Position numbers and translations under genes: made by a program
The notes under the pieces: model-generated
The model's database searches: none
The model's input: the letters and a program-made list of their open reading frames with translations, nothing else
What the model was told of the DNA's origin: nothing
Assembly: GCA_964035545.1 (NCBI GenBank)
Contig: OZ037772.1
Span: 2,852,001 to 2,916,000, forward strand
From: Bugula neritina
Taxonomy: Eukaryota; Animalia; Bryozoa
Length of the DNA: 64,000 nucleotides
Direction: 5' to 3'
In this document: in pieces, positions 1 through 14,214 of the stretch
How the letters are laid out: each line of letters begins with the position of its first letter
How positions within the stretch are numbered: the stretch's first letter is position 1

Positions 1-1005
1 GAAGGTAAATACTCTGTTTTTTTATAGTAAGTTTAGTTATTTTATATATAATTATGTTGTAGTAAATAATGTATTTTAATAATTGACAGTAAACAACTTC
101 CACTCATAAGATATATTATGATATTGTTAGTATTTATCAAGTCACTGATGTTATTTTCAGCTAAAAGTCATGTAATAAAGAGTGTAACATGCTGATAGTA
201 GATGTTATATTCTTCATCACATGACTTGTAGCTAATAATAATATTAGTGAATAATACTGCCTCCCTGCAATAAGTTTATTTCCAGCTGCAGTAACATGCA
301 GGATGTAAGCACAGGTAAAAGTGTATATTATATTGTATAGGTTTAAGGTGTACTCTGTGTAGTGTGCAGTGAGCTCTTAGTAAACTCTCTATTCAGTCTT
401 CCTTTCCAAGAGTTCACCTGGTAGTGTAGAGGATAGGGACTCCACACTGCTAAGTGAGTTGGTGCTGCAAGGGGTTCAAACCCACCTATCAGCATGTCTA
501 GTTAGTATACTATGCAAGTGTTTTGCAGTAATTTTAGAGGTGCTCAGTCTAACAACTGTACAGACTGCCAGCTACGCATGAGTTATGAGTTGTAGTTTGA
601 CTTCAGTCTAGTGCTGCTATTGTTTTGGTCATCAGACAATTTAAATATAAATAATTTGATACTTTTTGACTGCCATTACTGAGACTATGTAATTTGATGA
701 TGGCTGGTAGAGAAGTGTTTGCTGGTGGGACTCAGGTGGCTGCGGTTGGTTCTTGTCAAGTATTTTATATGTGATAATGTTGGAGTAGCTGCAGTGGTAT
801 TAGAAGTAGACATGTGGGTGTGTTCTTGCTCAGAGCCACAGGCTAAGTTTGTTGGCCAAGGTCAATATTGTTGTATAATGAGACACTATTTTCTATTTGA
901 GTATTTACTTCATGCATGTAACCTGCTTAGTTCCATCTTTAAAGGCAGTCTGTCTGTTTCTCTCAATACACACCAACTGATACAATATAATGCTAATATT
1001 TACAG

Positions 1006-1139
1006 GTCAACTGGTGCTTACTGTTCCCAGAGAAAATCTTGGTGCAAGTGGCTGGGTGGTAGACATTGCTGTGTATAACAGAGACACAGTGTTTCTAGCA
1101 TGTGAAGATGGACTGAGGAGATACACAATAAAATACTAA
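1006..1139 (+). CDS. Probable terminal exon of a beta-propeller (NHL-like) protein gene or gene fragment
   Basis: TACAG acceptor, then an open frame GQLVLTVPRENLGASGWVVDIAVYNRDTVFLACEDGLRRYTIKY-stop. The DIAV...VFLA blade-like pattern suggests NHL, but the family call is tentative. The frame is also open in the inverted copy. Confidence 0.4.
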
Positions 1140-2718
1140 ATTTATCAGCTACAGTTTACTAATAATCAGCTCAGTGAGGTCCTGAGAGATGAATTGGATA
1201 ATATTTGTCATCAACATAATTATTTCATCACAATTCATCAATACACACACTCTGTAATTATAGTTAGATATGAGATGTTTTACTGTATCAAATATGTGTT
1301 GCTATTTTACCATCTAATAAAGTTTATTTGTTAGTGAAAACATAGTCTGTTTTCATGCCTCATTAGCTTTAGTTCAAGTTGAGTTCGGTTAGTAACAATA
1401 ATCTTTACTGGAGCAGTAACTGTAAATGACTTGTTAGTGAGAGAATTTATACACTGAATTGACATGCAGGTGCAAGTAACTCCAACATGACTAAGTAAAT
1501 TTATTCCAACCACACATGATACCTAATATGCATTCCACTGCTGTGTATACAACAGTATTGAGTAGCCAATCAAATTGTTTCTTGTCATGCTATCAGGGAT
1601 CTGATAAATAATATATAAGGCAATCAACTAGATATAAACACTGTTTTACTCTACACATGAGCTGTCTGTGATGCAGCTGCTTTGTGAAATGTGTGTAATT
1701 TGATGAGTTTAGTTCAGTCGGTTGCAGTTTAATTATGACATATTCCCCATTCACCTGGGAGAAATCCCATGAGGTATAATAGAGGACAACTCCTAAGCAT
1801 GTCTGAAGGCATCCTTTTAGTGAACAATATATTGCAATGCTACCATCTGATTGGACAATTATGTCCTCATAAAACATAAGCTTAGAGCTCTTGAGTAAAT
1901 TGCAACTAGTTGCCAAATGGTGATGGTAACATTTACATGTAAACTCAACTCTTTCAGGTATAGGTATTATAGTAGGGAGTTTTACTGATGGGTTTGTATT
2001 ACTTTTACCTGCAGGGCTGACTACATTATAAATTGGTTAATTCAACTCATCTTGGATTCAACTACTACAACTTATATATATAGTATTCGGAATAACTCCA
2101 AAGTAGCATATTTCTGTTAAAATAACATTAATATTAAACAGATAAATTATATATTTACTGATTCAATCACTATTTGAGTTTTCAAATTAAAATTCAATAA
2201 GAGACATGAGCAAGTAATAATCATATGTTATGTAATAATACATGCAACAAAAAGGCATCATTATAAAATTTAACAAAATGTATTAGCAGTTATCTATACT
2301 GAGATTATAATGTAATAATAATGTTGTATAAAGTATTAAACTATCAACCCCCCTCTCATATTATTATTTAACCTTTGACCTACAAACAATGATTAAATCA
2401 TTTTCTTGTTGCTATACTGTCTTTTTTTAGTTGGCTCACAGAAACAGTTTCAATCTAACAATGTAGTGTTGATACAAATCAGGGTATATAAGCTCAACAA
2501 TAAAACATAAGAAATAAATATCCTCAATACCCTAAGGAATATTCCAGAGAACACTGCAGGCTAAGCTAAGATATTTTACAACTACATGCAGTTGACATAT
2601 CTTCATGAATTGTGGACCATTTTGGTGCTTCTGTGTGCACAGACAAGTTGTAATGACTCTAACAGAAACTTTCTCAGTAGGTTTCAGTTCATCTTGAATA
2701 TAGTACAGCTTGTTGTCA

Positions 2719-2938
2719 TTTGGCCTCAATAGTATTGATGATACACTACCTAGTTTGGCCTCAATAGTGTTGATGGTACACTACCTTGTTTGGCCTCAAT
2801 ATTATTGATGGTACACTACCTAGTTTGGCCTCAATAGTATTGATGGTACACTACCTTGTTTGGCCTCAATATTATTGATGGTACACTACCTAGTTTGGCC
2901 TCAACAGCATTAATGCTACACTACCTTGTTTGGCCTCA
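2719..2938. repeat. 35-bp tandem repeat, about 6 copies
   Basis: Unit TTTGGCCTCAATAGTATTGATGGTACACTACCTAG. Confidence 0.9.
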
Positions 2939-3815
2939 TTAGTCTCGCTAATATAAAATTAACAGCACAACTTGCAAGATTTAACTAATTTAACTTTTGG
3001 TTCATATTATGATGTTAATATGCTGACATTTATAACCTCTGATATATTTCTATGTTTATAACCTATCAATATGCTCTGATCTACAGTCTTGATTGCCATT
3101 CAAGGTGTTGCTCACTGCTGGTCAACCCCATTAACCCCCAACTTACTGTCTACATAGAAAACTGTCTACTCTCCCTCCATGGCACATAGCTCATACAATG
3201 TGTATAATTATTTGCTTTTGCACATTCATTACATAAAATACCAGCCATTGTGCTAAAAGTAGAGTTTTGTTGTAGTCTCACATATTGGAACATGGCCTTA
3301 AGATTTGTAGTTTCTGAGGCTTTTATTAAGCTAATGCAGGAGAAAATTGCTAAGAATTTACTGCAGTGAATCTTTTTATACACATTACTTATGAAATGCA
3401 TATGTGTGGAATACTTGATCTACTTTGTATCATGTAAACTAACTTACACACAAGTTATATACAGCTACTACTTGATAAGGAAGTAATAGACTTACACTAA
3501 CAGAGTTATTGACATGAAAAAGTAAATACTATTTAAATTGTGATGACTAAGTAAGTGGATGAGTCATAAACCAGTCAAAAAATAATTTCTACAAACAAAC
3601 TTTATTGAGTAAATGTGACTACAGAGTCTTGACAACATAGCAGAGTAAATATGTTACATAATCATTACTAATCAACATCAAATACTGCATATAAGCAGTG
3701 CAAGTCCTGTGGAATATATAATATTATACTGTGAGTAGAACACAATATATTATATTTGACATGTACTACTGATGACCTCACTGAGCTGATTATTAGTAAA
3801 CTGTAGCTGATAAGT

Positions 3816-3949
3816 TTAGTATTTTATTGTGTATCTCCTCAGACCACCTTCACATGCTAGAAACACTGTGTCTCTGTTATACACAGCAATGTCCCACACC
3901 AAGTCACTAACACCAAGACTTTCTCTGGGAACAGTAAGCACCAGTTCAC
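3816..3949 (-). CDS. Inverted paralogous copy of the same terminal exon
   Basis: AG acceptor, then GELVLTVPRESLGVSDLVWDIAVYNRDTVFLACEGGLRRYTIKY-stop; clearly homologous to 1006-1139. Confidence 0.4.
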
Positions 3950-4574
3950 CTTTAAAAAATGTAATGTCAGATTGAATCAGTTTGAGACAAACAGACAGAC
4001 TACAGTGACATCACAACAGCTGACACCACTACAAGCAAGTTTCTACTTTCTAGTATAATATAGTAACTGAAATATATTCGATAATAATACAATACATTTC
4101 AAATATATTTCTCACTCAGAAAGAATTCCTTTAAAGATGCAACTAAGCAGATTATGTTGAAGATAATAAAGTTCTACCAGTAAGTATTGAATAATTCACT
4201 GAGCTACTCTACTGTTTACTTCACAATAAATGACAACATGGAGAGACTCAACATAGAAATTTAACCCCTCAGCAAATATGATTATACAGGAGAGAAGATA
4301 TATAATATAAGTATTACATACATGAAGTAAATATGCTAAGGGAAAATAGTGTCTCATTATACAACTGTATTGACCTTGACCCACAAACTTAGCCTGTGGC
4401 TCTTATATAGAACACACCCACATGTCTACTTTAAATAATACTGCTACTGCAGCTACTCCAACATTATCACATATTAAATACTTGACAAGAACCAACCCCA
4501 GCCACCTGAGTTCAACCAGCAAACACTGCTCTACCAGCCACCATCAAATTACACTAGTCTCAGCAATAATTACA

Positions 4575-5320
4575 TAACATAAGATATATCACACAATATA
4601 AGATATATTACATGATATAGGATATATTACATAATATAAGATATATTACATAATATAAGATATATTACATGATATAAGATATATCACATAATATAAGATA
4701 TATTACACAATATAAGATATATTACATAATATAAGATATATTACATAATATAAGATATATTACATTATATAAGATATATCACATGATATAAGATATATTA
4801 CATAATATAAGATATATTACATGATATAAGATATATTACATAATATAAGATATATTACATGATATAAGATATATTACATGATATAATATATATTACATAA
4901 TATAATATATATTACATAATATAAGATATATTACATAATAAAAGATATATTACATAATATAAGATATATTACATAATATAAGATATATTACATAATATAA
5001 GATATATTACATGATATAAGATATATCACATGATATAAGATATATTACATGATATAAGATATATTACATAATATAATATATATTACATAATATAAGATAT
5101 ATTACATAATATAAGATATATTACATAATATAAGATATATTACATAATATAAGATATATTACATAATATAAGATATATTACATAATATAAGATATATTAC
5201 ATGATATAAGATATATTACATGATGTAAGATATATTACATAATATAAGATATATTACATGATGTAAGATATATTACATAATATAAGATATATTACATGAT
5301 ATAAGATATATTACATAATA
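4575..5320. repeat. 19-bp AT-rich minisatellite
   Basis: Unit ACATAATATAAGATATATT repeated over about 750 bp. Confidence 0.95.
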
Positions 5321-6049
5321 TTTATATACTCTTTCTATAATGTATAATCTTGCATACACATACAGCCATTCAAACCTCTTGCCATTTAGTTTAAGTTTAT
5401 CAATTTAGACACAAAATGCATTTGATCTTCAGTCCCATGACTGTCAAAACAACACATTTCACATTCATTGGTTATACAAGAGATTGTTTCCCCAATAATA
5501 GCAGCGTTACTCTGAATTGAAAAAAAACTATGAAGTTATCAGCTAATTAAACAGAGTCATCTAAAGGGTATAGATATAGAATAAGTATATTGAATAGAAT
5601 CATCTAAAGGGTATAGATATAGAATAAGTATATTGAATAGAGTCATCTAAAGGGTATAGATATAGAATGGTAACCACAGACATCAGAAGAAGCAGAAGAC
5701 ACTTTCTACCACCCGACGTACCTCTTTGAAGGGAAGCTCCCCGAGTAGGAATTGTCCCATCATGACCATGCGGGCCACCCAGAAGAAGAGGATATCCAGT
5801 CCAGTCTCTAGCAGAGTACCCGGGTAGTAGGCTTGCAGGTCGGGGGTGTTATCTGGCCACCCCATAGTTGAGAAAGGAAATATTTCGGAACTAAACCAAG
5901 TGTCCAGCACATCCTCATCTGTATAACAGGCAGGAAATGGAACAATGTTCAGAGTTGTCTTCTCTGACAAATTAAAGTTATCAATAAGTAGTTAGAGAAA
6001 TGTAGCACATTGCTTTACTATAAAGGAGAAGAGAGAGTTGGAGGTGTTT

Positions 6050-6260
6050 ACATACTCAATACATACTCAATACATACTCAATATATACTCAATACATACT
6101 CAATACATACTCAATACATACTCAATACATACTCAATACATACTCAATATATACTCAATACATACCCAATACATACTCAATACATACTCAATACATACTC
6201 AATAGTCAATACATACTCAACATATACTCAATATATACTCAATACATACTCAACATATAC
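6050..6260. repeat. 11-bp intronic tandem repeat
   Basis: Unit ATACATACTCA. Confidence 0.9.
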
Positions 6261-6433
6261 TTGAGCTGTCAGATGAAAGAGACTTACCCTGGCTAAGACT
6301 GATGACATCTGGATGTACGTTAAACTTTATTGCTGCCTTTGACAGCGCTTCTTGATAGGATCTGCCAGTCACCCAGTAGTTGTTGTCATTAAACTATGTC
6401 AAATATATAGAGGTCAAGAGGTCACTAGACAAT

Positions 6434-7198
6434 CACGGGCTTTCCATGTACCGATCTCAGATCGATCTCGCTGAGATCGATCTGAGATATGTGCTTAGAT
6501 CGATCGTTTTTCCATGAGAGTGGCAGATCGATCTCGAGAAGTTGCCTCCTCTTAAGTGAAGGATACTTTAAAAGTATATTTTGTTTACCTATTTGAGTGA
6601 TTAAAGCTACTACCGTTGAAAACAAGGTGGTCTTAGTCTAAAATTTAATCCCAGCTATAAACTATACGCAGCAAAGCTTTCAGTGTATGGTAATTTGGCC
6701 AATTTAAAATAATCAATTTTAATTTTTTAGCTAGACAGCTTATATAAAATTAATGGCTGTCTTGCAGATTATTAATAAACTTACAGGAATTTTAGGCTTA
6801 AAATTACAAAGAAAATAGCTAATGAAACAAAGTTTTAATAGTCATTTAAATTCAATTTAAATTCTCCCATTTTTTTACCTTCTACTGCATATAATTGAGT
6901 TTTCTTAATCATTGTACTGAAAGTCAAAGTTTTGGCATCTGAAAAGGTGGCTATCATAATTATTTAATACTTTGCTTATTAATTATCAACAAGTTATCAT
7001 TTTTATTAGCAGACAACATTGTAGCGAGCAGTCTTTTTCTACTTCTCAGATCGATCTTTCGTCTTTCCATGGATCGATCTCAGTGAGATCGATCTGAGTT
7101 CGAGCTCCACAGACCGACCAGCTCAGAACGACTGAGATCGATCTTTGACATCTTTCCATGGATCGATCTCGCTGAGATCGTTACATGGAAAGCCGGTG
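6434..7198. mobile_element. Non-autonomous TIR element (MITE) in a ValRS intron
   Basis: Terminal inverted repeats CACGGGCTTTCCATGTACCGATCTCAG / CTGAGATCGTTACATGGAAAGCCGGTG and subterminal GATCGATCT repeats. A related internal fragment occurs at about 54535-54725. TSD and superfamily are unclear. Confidence 0.75.
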
Positions 7199-7388
7199 TA
7201 TGTATAATAATTAGAGGTTAGGAGGTTACAGGAGAAATACAACTTTAATGATAATAAAATGTTAAAAACTTGAATGATAACCCATAAATGCTGGAAAAAT
7301 TTCAAGTTGAATTTCGTGAAAAGAATGTGCATCAAGTTTTGGGAATTCAATCTGAAAAACATTCACGTTTACAGGGCAGTTATTCTGC

Positions 7389-7714
7389 AAAGGGCCACAC
7401 CCACTCCAGAAAGGGCCACACCCTTTCCAGAAAGCACCACACCCACTCCAGAAAGGGCCACACCCACTCCGGAAAGGGCCACAACCACTCCAGAAAGGGC
7501 CACACCCACTCCAGAAAGGGCCACACCCTTTCCAGAAAGGACCACACCCACTCTAGAAAGGGCCACACTCACACTGGAAAGGGCCACAACCACTCCGGAA
7601 AGGGCCACACAATACTCCAGAAAGGGCCACACCCACTCCAGAAAGAGCCACACCCACTCCAGAAAGGGCCACACTTACTCCAGAAAGGGCCACAGCCACT
7701 CCAGAAATGGCCAC
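7389..7714. repeat. 21-bp GC-rich minisatellite, about 15 copies
   Basis: Unit GAAAGGGCCACACCCACTCCA. Confidence 0.95.
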
Positions 7715-8491
7715 ATTAGAAGGAATTCATAGCCTATCAACATAAACATAGTGTGTGGTAAATATTAGGTCTGTGCTAAACCCGCTTGCTTTCTGTAAAT
7801 AATACAAGACAGGATAGAGAATGAGTCATACCTCAGCCTTAGGTTGCCCCTGGATCTGCACAAAGTAGGCTGGTATTCTGTGCCCCCACCATAGCTGTCT
7901 GGAGATACACCAGTCCCTGGAGTTCCTCAGCCATTTGTACCAAGTGACTGTATGATAGTCTGGTATGATCTTTAGCTTGCCTGATTCTACTACCTGCATT
8001 ATACATTCTATACTATAGATATACTATGCTATAGATATACTATGCTATAGATATACAGTACTATAGATATACTATGCTATAGATATACTATGCTATAGAT
8101 ATACTATGCTATAGATATACTATGCTATAGATATACTATGCTATAGACATACTATACAGTACTAATATATATACTACACAGTACTAATATATATACTATA
8201 CAGTACTAATATATTATATACTATACATAATATATAATACAAGTACCTCTACAGCCTTGGCTGCCATATCGTCACATGCCACATATCACTGTGGTTTGGG
8301 TATCGGCTCAATGATATCTTTAGATCGACTATAACACAAGAGAACACAGTGTAGAGGTCATTGTTAACAGACAGACTCACATAGTAACAGTTCAACTCAA
8401 CAGCATTGTAAAATATAATGGATATGTTAATGGAGCTATTCTTTAGGAGAACAAGAGAGGACAACTTCTATTACATTGAGATCTGCAGCTA

Positions 8492-8673
8492 TGAGTCATT
8501 TTACTTAACTTAATACACAAAGCTATATACCTTTAGCTTTTAGCTATTGTTCACAGTTGAGCTGCTAATTCAACATTTTAATGTAAGAAACTATACACAT
8601 TAGCAGCTAAACTGTGAAAAATAGCTAAGAACCAGAGATATATGGTGTGTACTAAACTAAGTAAAATGACTCA
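8492..8673. mobile_element. Small foldback element or MITE
   Basis: Inverted ends TGAGTCATTTTACTTA / TAAGTAAAATGACTCA, with further internal complementarity (AGCTGCTAAT / ATTAGCAGCT). Confidence 0.55.
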
Positions 8674-11600
8674 CAAGTAAACATGACCAGGAAAAGTTCA
8701 GGATCTAACTGGACGTGTATGAAGAAAATGTAGAAATCTAATAAGTTGGGATAAAATTGTAGAGAGAAGACGACTCACCTACATACAGGAACTGCCATAG
8801 GGTTGTCTTCCTTTCCTTTGTATAGCCTCAAGTCTTCCAACCTTTTCTGAACGCTTTTCGGACCGTTATGAAAAAACCGTAACGGTCCGCACATATAGAA
8901 TATTAAGTGCATATGACATTGACCTGTGCTTTAATGTTGGGGAATCCCCTCCCAGCCTTTTCTGTTATGCGTATAGTTAAAACCAGCACATAAAAATACC
9001 ATGTATAGTACATTTCAATTGATTTTGAGCAAACTTTAATGTTAGGTCATAAGTTGCTGGTGTGTACTAAATGAAGTAAACTGACTCAATAGACTCACAC
9101 CTGTCACCTGCTCACACCTGTCACCTGTACACAAATGGTATTAAACCACTAAAACCTATGTAGATCAATATTTTCTTGCTATTAAAGGCCGTAAGCATCC
9201 AGGTTATTTATTACATTTGAGCAAAATTTTGCGTGCTTTTCAACTGTTTTATCAGCATTTTATCCAATTTCTTATACGAAAACACTACAAAAATGCAAGT
9301 AAAAGTGGTCATATTAGGTGTCTTAAACTTGCCCAGACTTGCCCGCGAGCTTGCCCTCCGTGTCCTATTCTGACGTGGGGATGGCAAAATAGCCCTATTG
9401 TAGCGTGAGTTTATATCGCGTAAAGTTATTAAGAAGCGGGTTTGTCACAGATTCTCGTTATTCGTAGCTCAAATCACATGAATGTTACTCTTCGGGCGGC
9501 TACTAATAACTAACGTTAGCTACGCAACATCAAGAAAGGTAACTAATTTGACTGTTTTCAAATGGACTATTCCATTTCGCTAGTTTGTAACTTGCTGTAA
9601 ATCACAAAATAATTATTTTTCCTATTTTAATTTCAATTATCATGTCGACCACACTACCAGAAAATTACTCTTAAATATGCAGTAAATGATGATTTTCAAC
9701 CGTTTTGTGGTGAACTATAGGTTAGTAGTTGTCTACGTAAAACCAAGTTTTAAAATTTGTAATTGAATCAGTGAATCACAGTATCACTATCATAGTGATA
9801 CTCATACTGTGATTCACTGATTCAATTACAAATTTTAAAACTTAAAACTGACTATGACTATCAGTATGAGTATCACTAGTCTATGTCTATGACTCTCACT
9901 CTAAGTCTATGACTATCGCCTATTAGTATTGGTGAACTATTATTAATAATATTCAATGGTTATATTTATTAATACCATTATTAGTCATAATGATAATCAT
10001 ATGACAGTATCAGTATGTTAATGTTACGGAGCAGGATCAGTTTTGAAACTAATACAGAAATACTAATAGTAATACTTGTAATATTAGTTATAACTATAAG
10101 TATAAGTTATACCGATAGCTATATTAACATAAATATTTATATTCATAGTAATACTAATACTTAATAGCAAATCTAATATTATTATGTTAATAGTTATACT
10201 TGTAAGTTATAATATAAAGCAAACGACACAAGTATTAATTTGAACTGTTGGTCTTAAAATAAAAAGTAAAGTAAATATAAATAATAAAATATAAATTATA
10301 ATAATTTAATTATACTAATACTAATAGCAATACTAATACAGTAATATAATTATAATAAATTTATAAAACTTAAACAACTTTAGATTTAAGGAACAACTTT
10401 AAATACAAACATAAAGATAATATTAAATATTTATAATCATAATGATCATAACAATAAAGTAAGTGACTACAATTATTAGTATCAATGTTGTGTTAGAGTA
10501 CTATACCCATTGGAATTTTGATATATCCATTATATTTACAACTCTGCCTGTTACAGCTATAAATAAATTGAACCAAAATACCAACAGTGCCTAATCATCG
10601 CCTTATTTATAAAATAATCACAATCATAATGCTCAAGTTAATAGATTGGAAATTATTGAAAATTATGTTGATGCCAATAAAAATATGACATTGTATGCAT
10701 CCAAGTAGTGATGTTGTAATATATCTTGGAAGATAATTACATTTTAATAAGAGTTAAATTCCTCTAAGTAACTTTTTTTGCAATTATTCCTTAGAATAAC
10801 TATAACTTATACTCATAACATTAGTTTTAGATTGAGCTACTAATTGTATTTATTGCATGTGAAGGTTAGTTATTCTCCATCAGCTGCATGAATGCGACTG
10901 GTAAATTTTGTAACCTTTGGCAGTAATAACTTTGTAGCATAAATTAGACACATTTTATAAAAATACATAATTTTAATGCTATAGCTGCTAGTAACTCTAA
11001 TGGGTGTAATAATATTACTTTCACCAGCATTAATTTTTACTTTGTTCATGCTTCATAAAGCATTTTCTAAATTCTTTTTTGAATAAATTTCTACAATACA
11101 TATAATGTGCTGAATAGATTACATATGTTGGGGTTCTTCCTATACTGCAGCTCAGCCCACACTCCCCGCCACAAATGTCCCTAAACTACTAGCTTCATCG
11201 GGATACAGATTGATGGAGCTGTATTGATAAAAACTTCTCTTTTTAGCAGTAGAGGCATCATGAAAAAAAAGGTAAGTATTTTACTCAATAAGAATGCGGT
11301 TTTTTACTTCTACAAATTTGATAGCCTACACTATTCTATTTAAATGGAGACTGGTCTGACATAATGTGTCTGCCATTTATTAGTTATAATATAGTAAATA
11401 CTATGCGGGCCTATAGATCAAATGGGTCAAAAAAAATTAAATAAAACATTACACAACGCTGTATTTATTAGCAATGTGATACTTAGCAACTAATTTCACA
11501 TTATTATTGTTTGCAAAGTTTTATATATCTACATATGTTTGTTCAATTCAGTGTTCTGAAGTAGAAGGTTCCAACAGCAGGGAAAAGCCTTGAACAAGAT

Positions 11601-11849
11601 ATTATGTTCTACATCTCCAACTCATTTTAACTTTGCTGGTTAGTTCATTGTGTATCTGGAGCATAGTTTTGTATTTTCAAGTAGTCCATCAGATACCTTT
11701 GTAGGTAGTAAAGATTAAAATGTTTGTGCAATGATGTCCGTAATGTTGAACTGATTTATTGAAACTAAAACTGTTCTTAATTATAACAAAACTTGACAAT
11801 CTTTACATAAAGAATAATGTCATATAATCTATCTTCATTGTAAACAAAA

Positions 11850-12450
11850 TTAGAAAGTTCCACATCAGCAAATTGTTTATCATCATCTGTAGGTGGAAGA
11901 AGCTTGCACTCAGTTATAAAGGCAAGCTGACGGTGGTTTTCTTTGCCTTCTATGAAGATTTGGAAAGAGCCAGAAAATTAATACTCTATAACTGCAAAAC
12001 CATGTTGTAGTGTCTTGTGTTATTGATTGAATCATCTAAAAGAAAAATTGTTGTATCATTGTAATTTTACTGTAAATGAATTAGCAAATTATCTACTTAT
12101 CTTGGTAAATATATTCAAGAACAAATACTATAGTGTAACTCAGTTTTGGTTATGTGTATGCTCCTTAAGCGAATTTACAGCAGATATCAAACTATATATT
12201 AGAGACTGATAAAGGAATTAAATTTAAGCTAACCATGATGATGTAAATAGCTGTTGAATGTGACTTCGAGAACTCTGCTGGCCATATCAGTTCAAATACA
12301 CCAGGGTGATCTGTTACGAATGTCATGTCATTATTGAAATTCAGATTTTTTAAGTGCCTCTTCACAACTCTGGCAGCATTCTGACTGCTCCTTAGCTTTC
12401 TGCGCCTGAAATTTCTTCTACTTGCACCATTCTTCTATTGGTGGAATGTT
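11850..12450 (-). pseudogene. KolX (P2X7 C-terminal-domain-like) accessory gene of Kolobok, disrupted
   Basis: Minus-strand fragments EEWCK*KK..EQSECCQSC, VTDHPG..RVLEVTFNSY and FCSYRVLIFWLFPNLHRRQRKPPSACLYN match the WCxCxxC..E..CC / ITxHxGF / AYR..W...R..LPSC pattern of P2X7-C/KolX. Stops and frameshifts are present. Confidence 0.65.
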
Positions 12451-13571
12451 AGCCTATAACAAACAGGTGTACCACAGCTAAAAAATATCTAATTCACTGC
12501 ACTAGGATATTATTCAACTCATTTAAATTTAATATATAGCAGTAAAACAATCACATACTTGTATTTATTTTATCAGCTTTACTTTACAAAGCTGAACCAT
12601 ATGAGTTAGTAACTTGTCACCATAATAAACATTGTACAACATACAAATTGAAAACCTGATGTGATTGCTTTTTTAATAGAATATACATTACAAACATGTT
12701 ACTTTGATAAGCGTGTTCATAATAAAAGTATTAAACCAGTTTGAAAAAAATTATTTTGTTATGTAATGGATCACAAAACTACATAATTTTAGACCTGTAG
12801 CTCGATGTTCTTCAAGCAACGGGCTGCTATGACTAATTAATTTTCTATCATTGCATTTGATTGTTCTACTCATAGTGTATTAGCGAGTTGAAATTATTGG
12901 TAATTTAATGTATATTTTAGCTACCTCTGTACAATCAATGTTATAGTAATATCAATTAGGTTTTAAATTTCACTGAGTTTATAGTAAATTATTGCAACTG
13001 TTACATAACATTTGGCTAGTTCTCTAGTTCATTAAATAACCATACGAACTTAAATTTACAACATGACAAAACACACAAAGCAAAATTAAAATAAGCATAT
13101 TATGAACCAATGTAATTGATAAGTGATAATGCTGTTGTAAAACATAAATTATCAAATTTAAATAGTTATTATTACTATTAGTATCACTATCATTATAACA
13201 ACTATAATCATTATTACTATTACTATTAGTATTAGCATTAGTAGTAAAAAATGAGTAGAGTTCAACATATACAATCTAGCGTACTATAAAAGTAGAAGTA
13301 GAACTTCTAAAATTATCATCTGCATCATTAACAGAACTATGAGTAATACTAGTAGTTGTACTAATAGTAATACCAATTATTAATACTAATAAACAATAGT
13401 AATAGTATCGCTATGAGTATGAGACTTGGGCTGGCAGTGATTATCACTATCAGCATCGTCATAGTCAAAAGTTACAAGAATTAGAAGCCATATTCATATT
13501 GATATTCTCATTGAGTTATGCATAGTCATATTCACAGTATTAGTCAATCACTGATTGAGTTAATGTCATAG

Positions 13572-13923
13572 TGTAGTAATTTGTGCAATTACTGAGCGTG
13601 AGTTATTTACTTGCGTATAGTTAGCTGGTTATTCTGTTATCAATTACTAAGGTAGCTGTCGAGTAATTATATTTATTATCCACAATAAAGCATCAACCAA
13701 ACATCACATCAAATTATCCTATACAAGAGTCAACTACTAACACATGTTACTACTACAAGCCTCCGCTTACAACAACGTGATATAATGTTAATAACCCGGG
13801 AAGTGTCACGTGACTCGGAAGCATATCTTCCGGAGCTGCTAATTGGTTGCTACATAAGAGTCTAAGTATTCCAAGAGTAGGGAGAGGGCGATTCCTGTAT
13901 TTGTACTTGCACTACTCACTACA
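13572..13923 (-). repeat. 3' LTR of family A copy 1
   Basis: Direct repeat of 18484-18835; preceded on the minus strand by a polypurine tract. Confidence 0.95.
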
Positions 13924-14214
13924 CCGTCCCCCCCAGCAGAAAGCCCTACTTTCTGATAACACAAAAAAAAAACATAATGAAAAACCATACAATAATCCAA
14001 AAAGGAAAACATATATAAGTAAACCCACAAAGAGTAAGAAAAGAAATAGTTAAACACGACAACGTTTACATTAGAAGACAACAGGGTGATCGATCACACA
14101 CATCTAGTCAGCTATTAAGAGAGAGGGTGCTTACCAGCACGCGGGCCAATGTCGGAGCGCTCGTCACATTCCAAACGAGCTATAGCTCAACGAAGGTGCC
14201 TACCCCAGGCATTC

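Larger units (their letters stand above)
666..4570. repeat. Inverted duplication: about 666-1181 versus about 3775-4570, the second arm carrying extra insertions
   Basis: Reverse-complement matches such as TTGCTGTGTATAACAGAGACACAGTGTTTCTAGCATGTGAAG and GGTTGGTTCTTGTCAAGTATT occur in both arms. Confidence 0.85.
5722..8860 (-). pseudogene. VARS1: Valyl-tRNA synthetase internal fragment (5 spliced exons), pseudogenised
   Basis: Phase-compatible GT-AG exons: ~8860-8779 (LYKGKEDNPMAVPVCS), 8328-8247 (RSKDIIEPIPKPQ*YVAC), 7993-7832 ([18 protein letters not shown]), 6393-6288 (YWVTGRS) and 5918-5722 ([11 protein letters not shown]...[16 protein letters not shown]). TGA replaces the conserved Trp at 8286-8288. 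No HIGH or KMSKS exon was seen in the window. Confidence 0.9.

Noticed and set aside
2719-2938. CRISPR-like array
   Set aside because: The units are contiguous with no unique spacers, the context is eukaryotic and there are no cas genes.
7274-7732. Overlapping ORFs with PERATPT / RKGHTHS repeats on both strands
   Set aside because: Translation of a 21-bp minisatellite inside a ValRS intron; it is open in several frames only because the unit lacks stops.
8286-8288. In-frame TGA in ValRS as recoding (Trp or selenocysteine)
   Set aside because: The fragment is truncated and carries other damaging changes, and TGG encodes Trp throughout, so a simple nonsense mutation is more likely.
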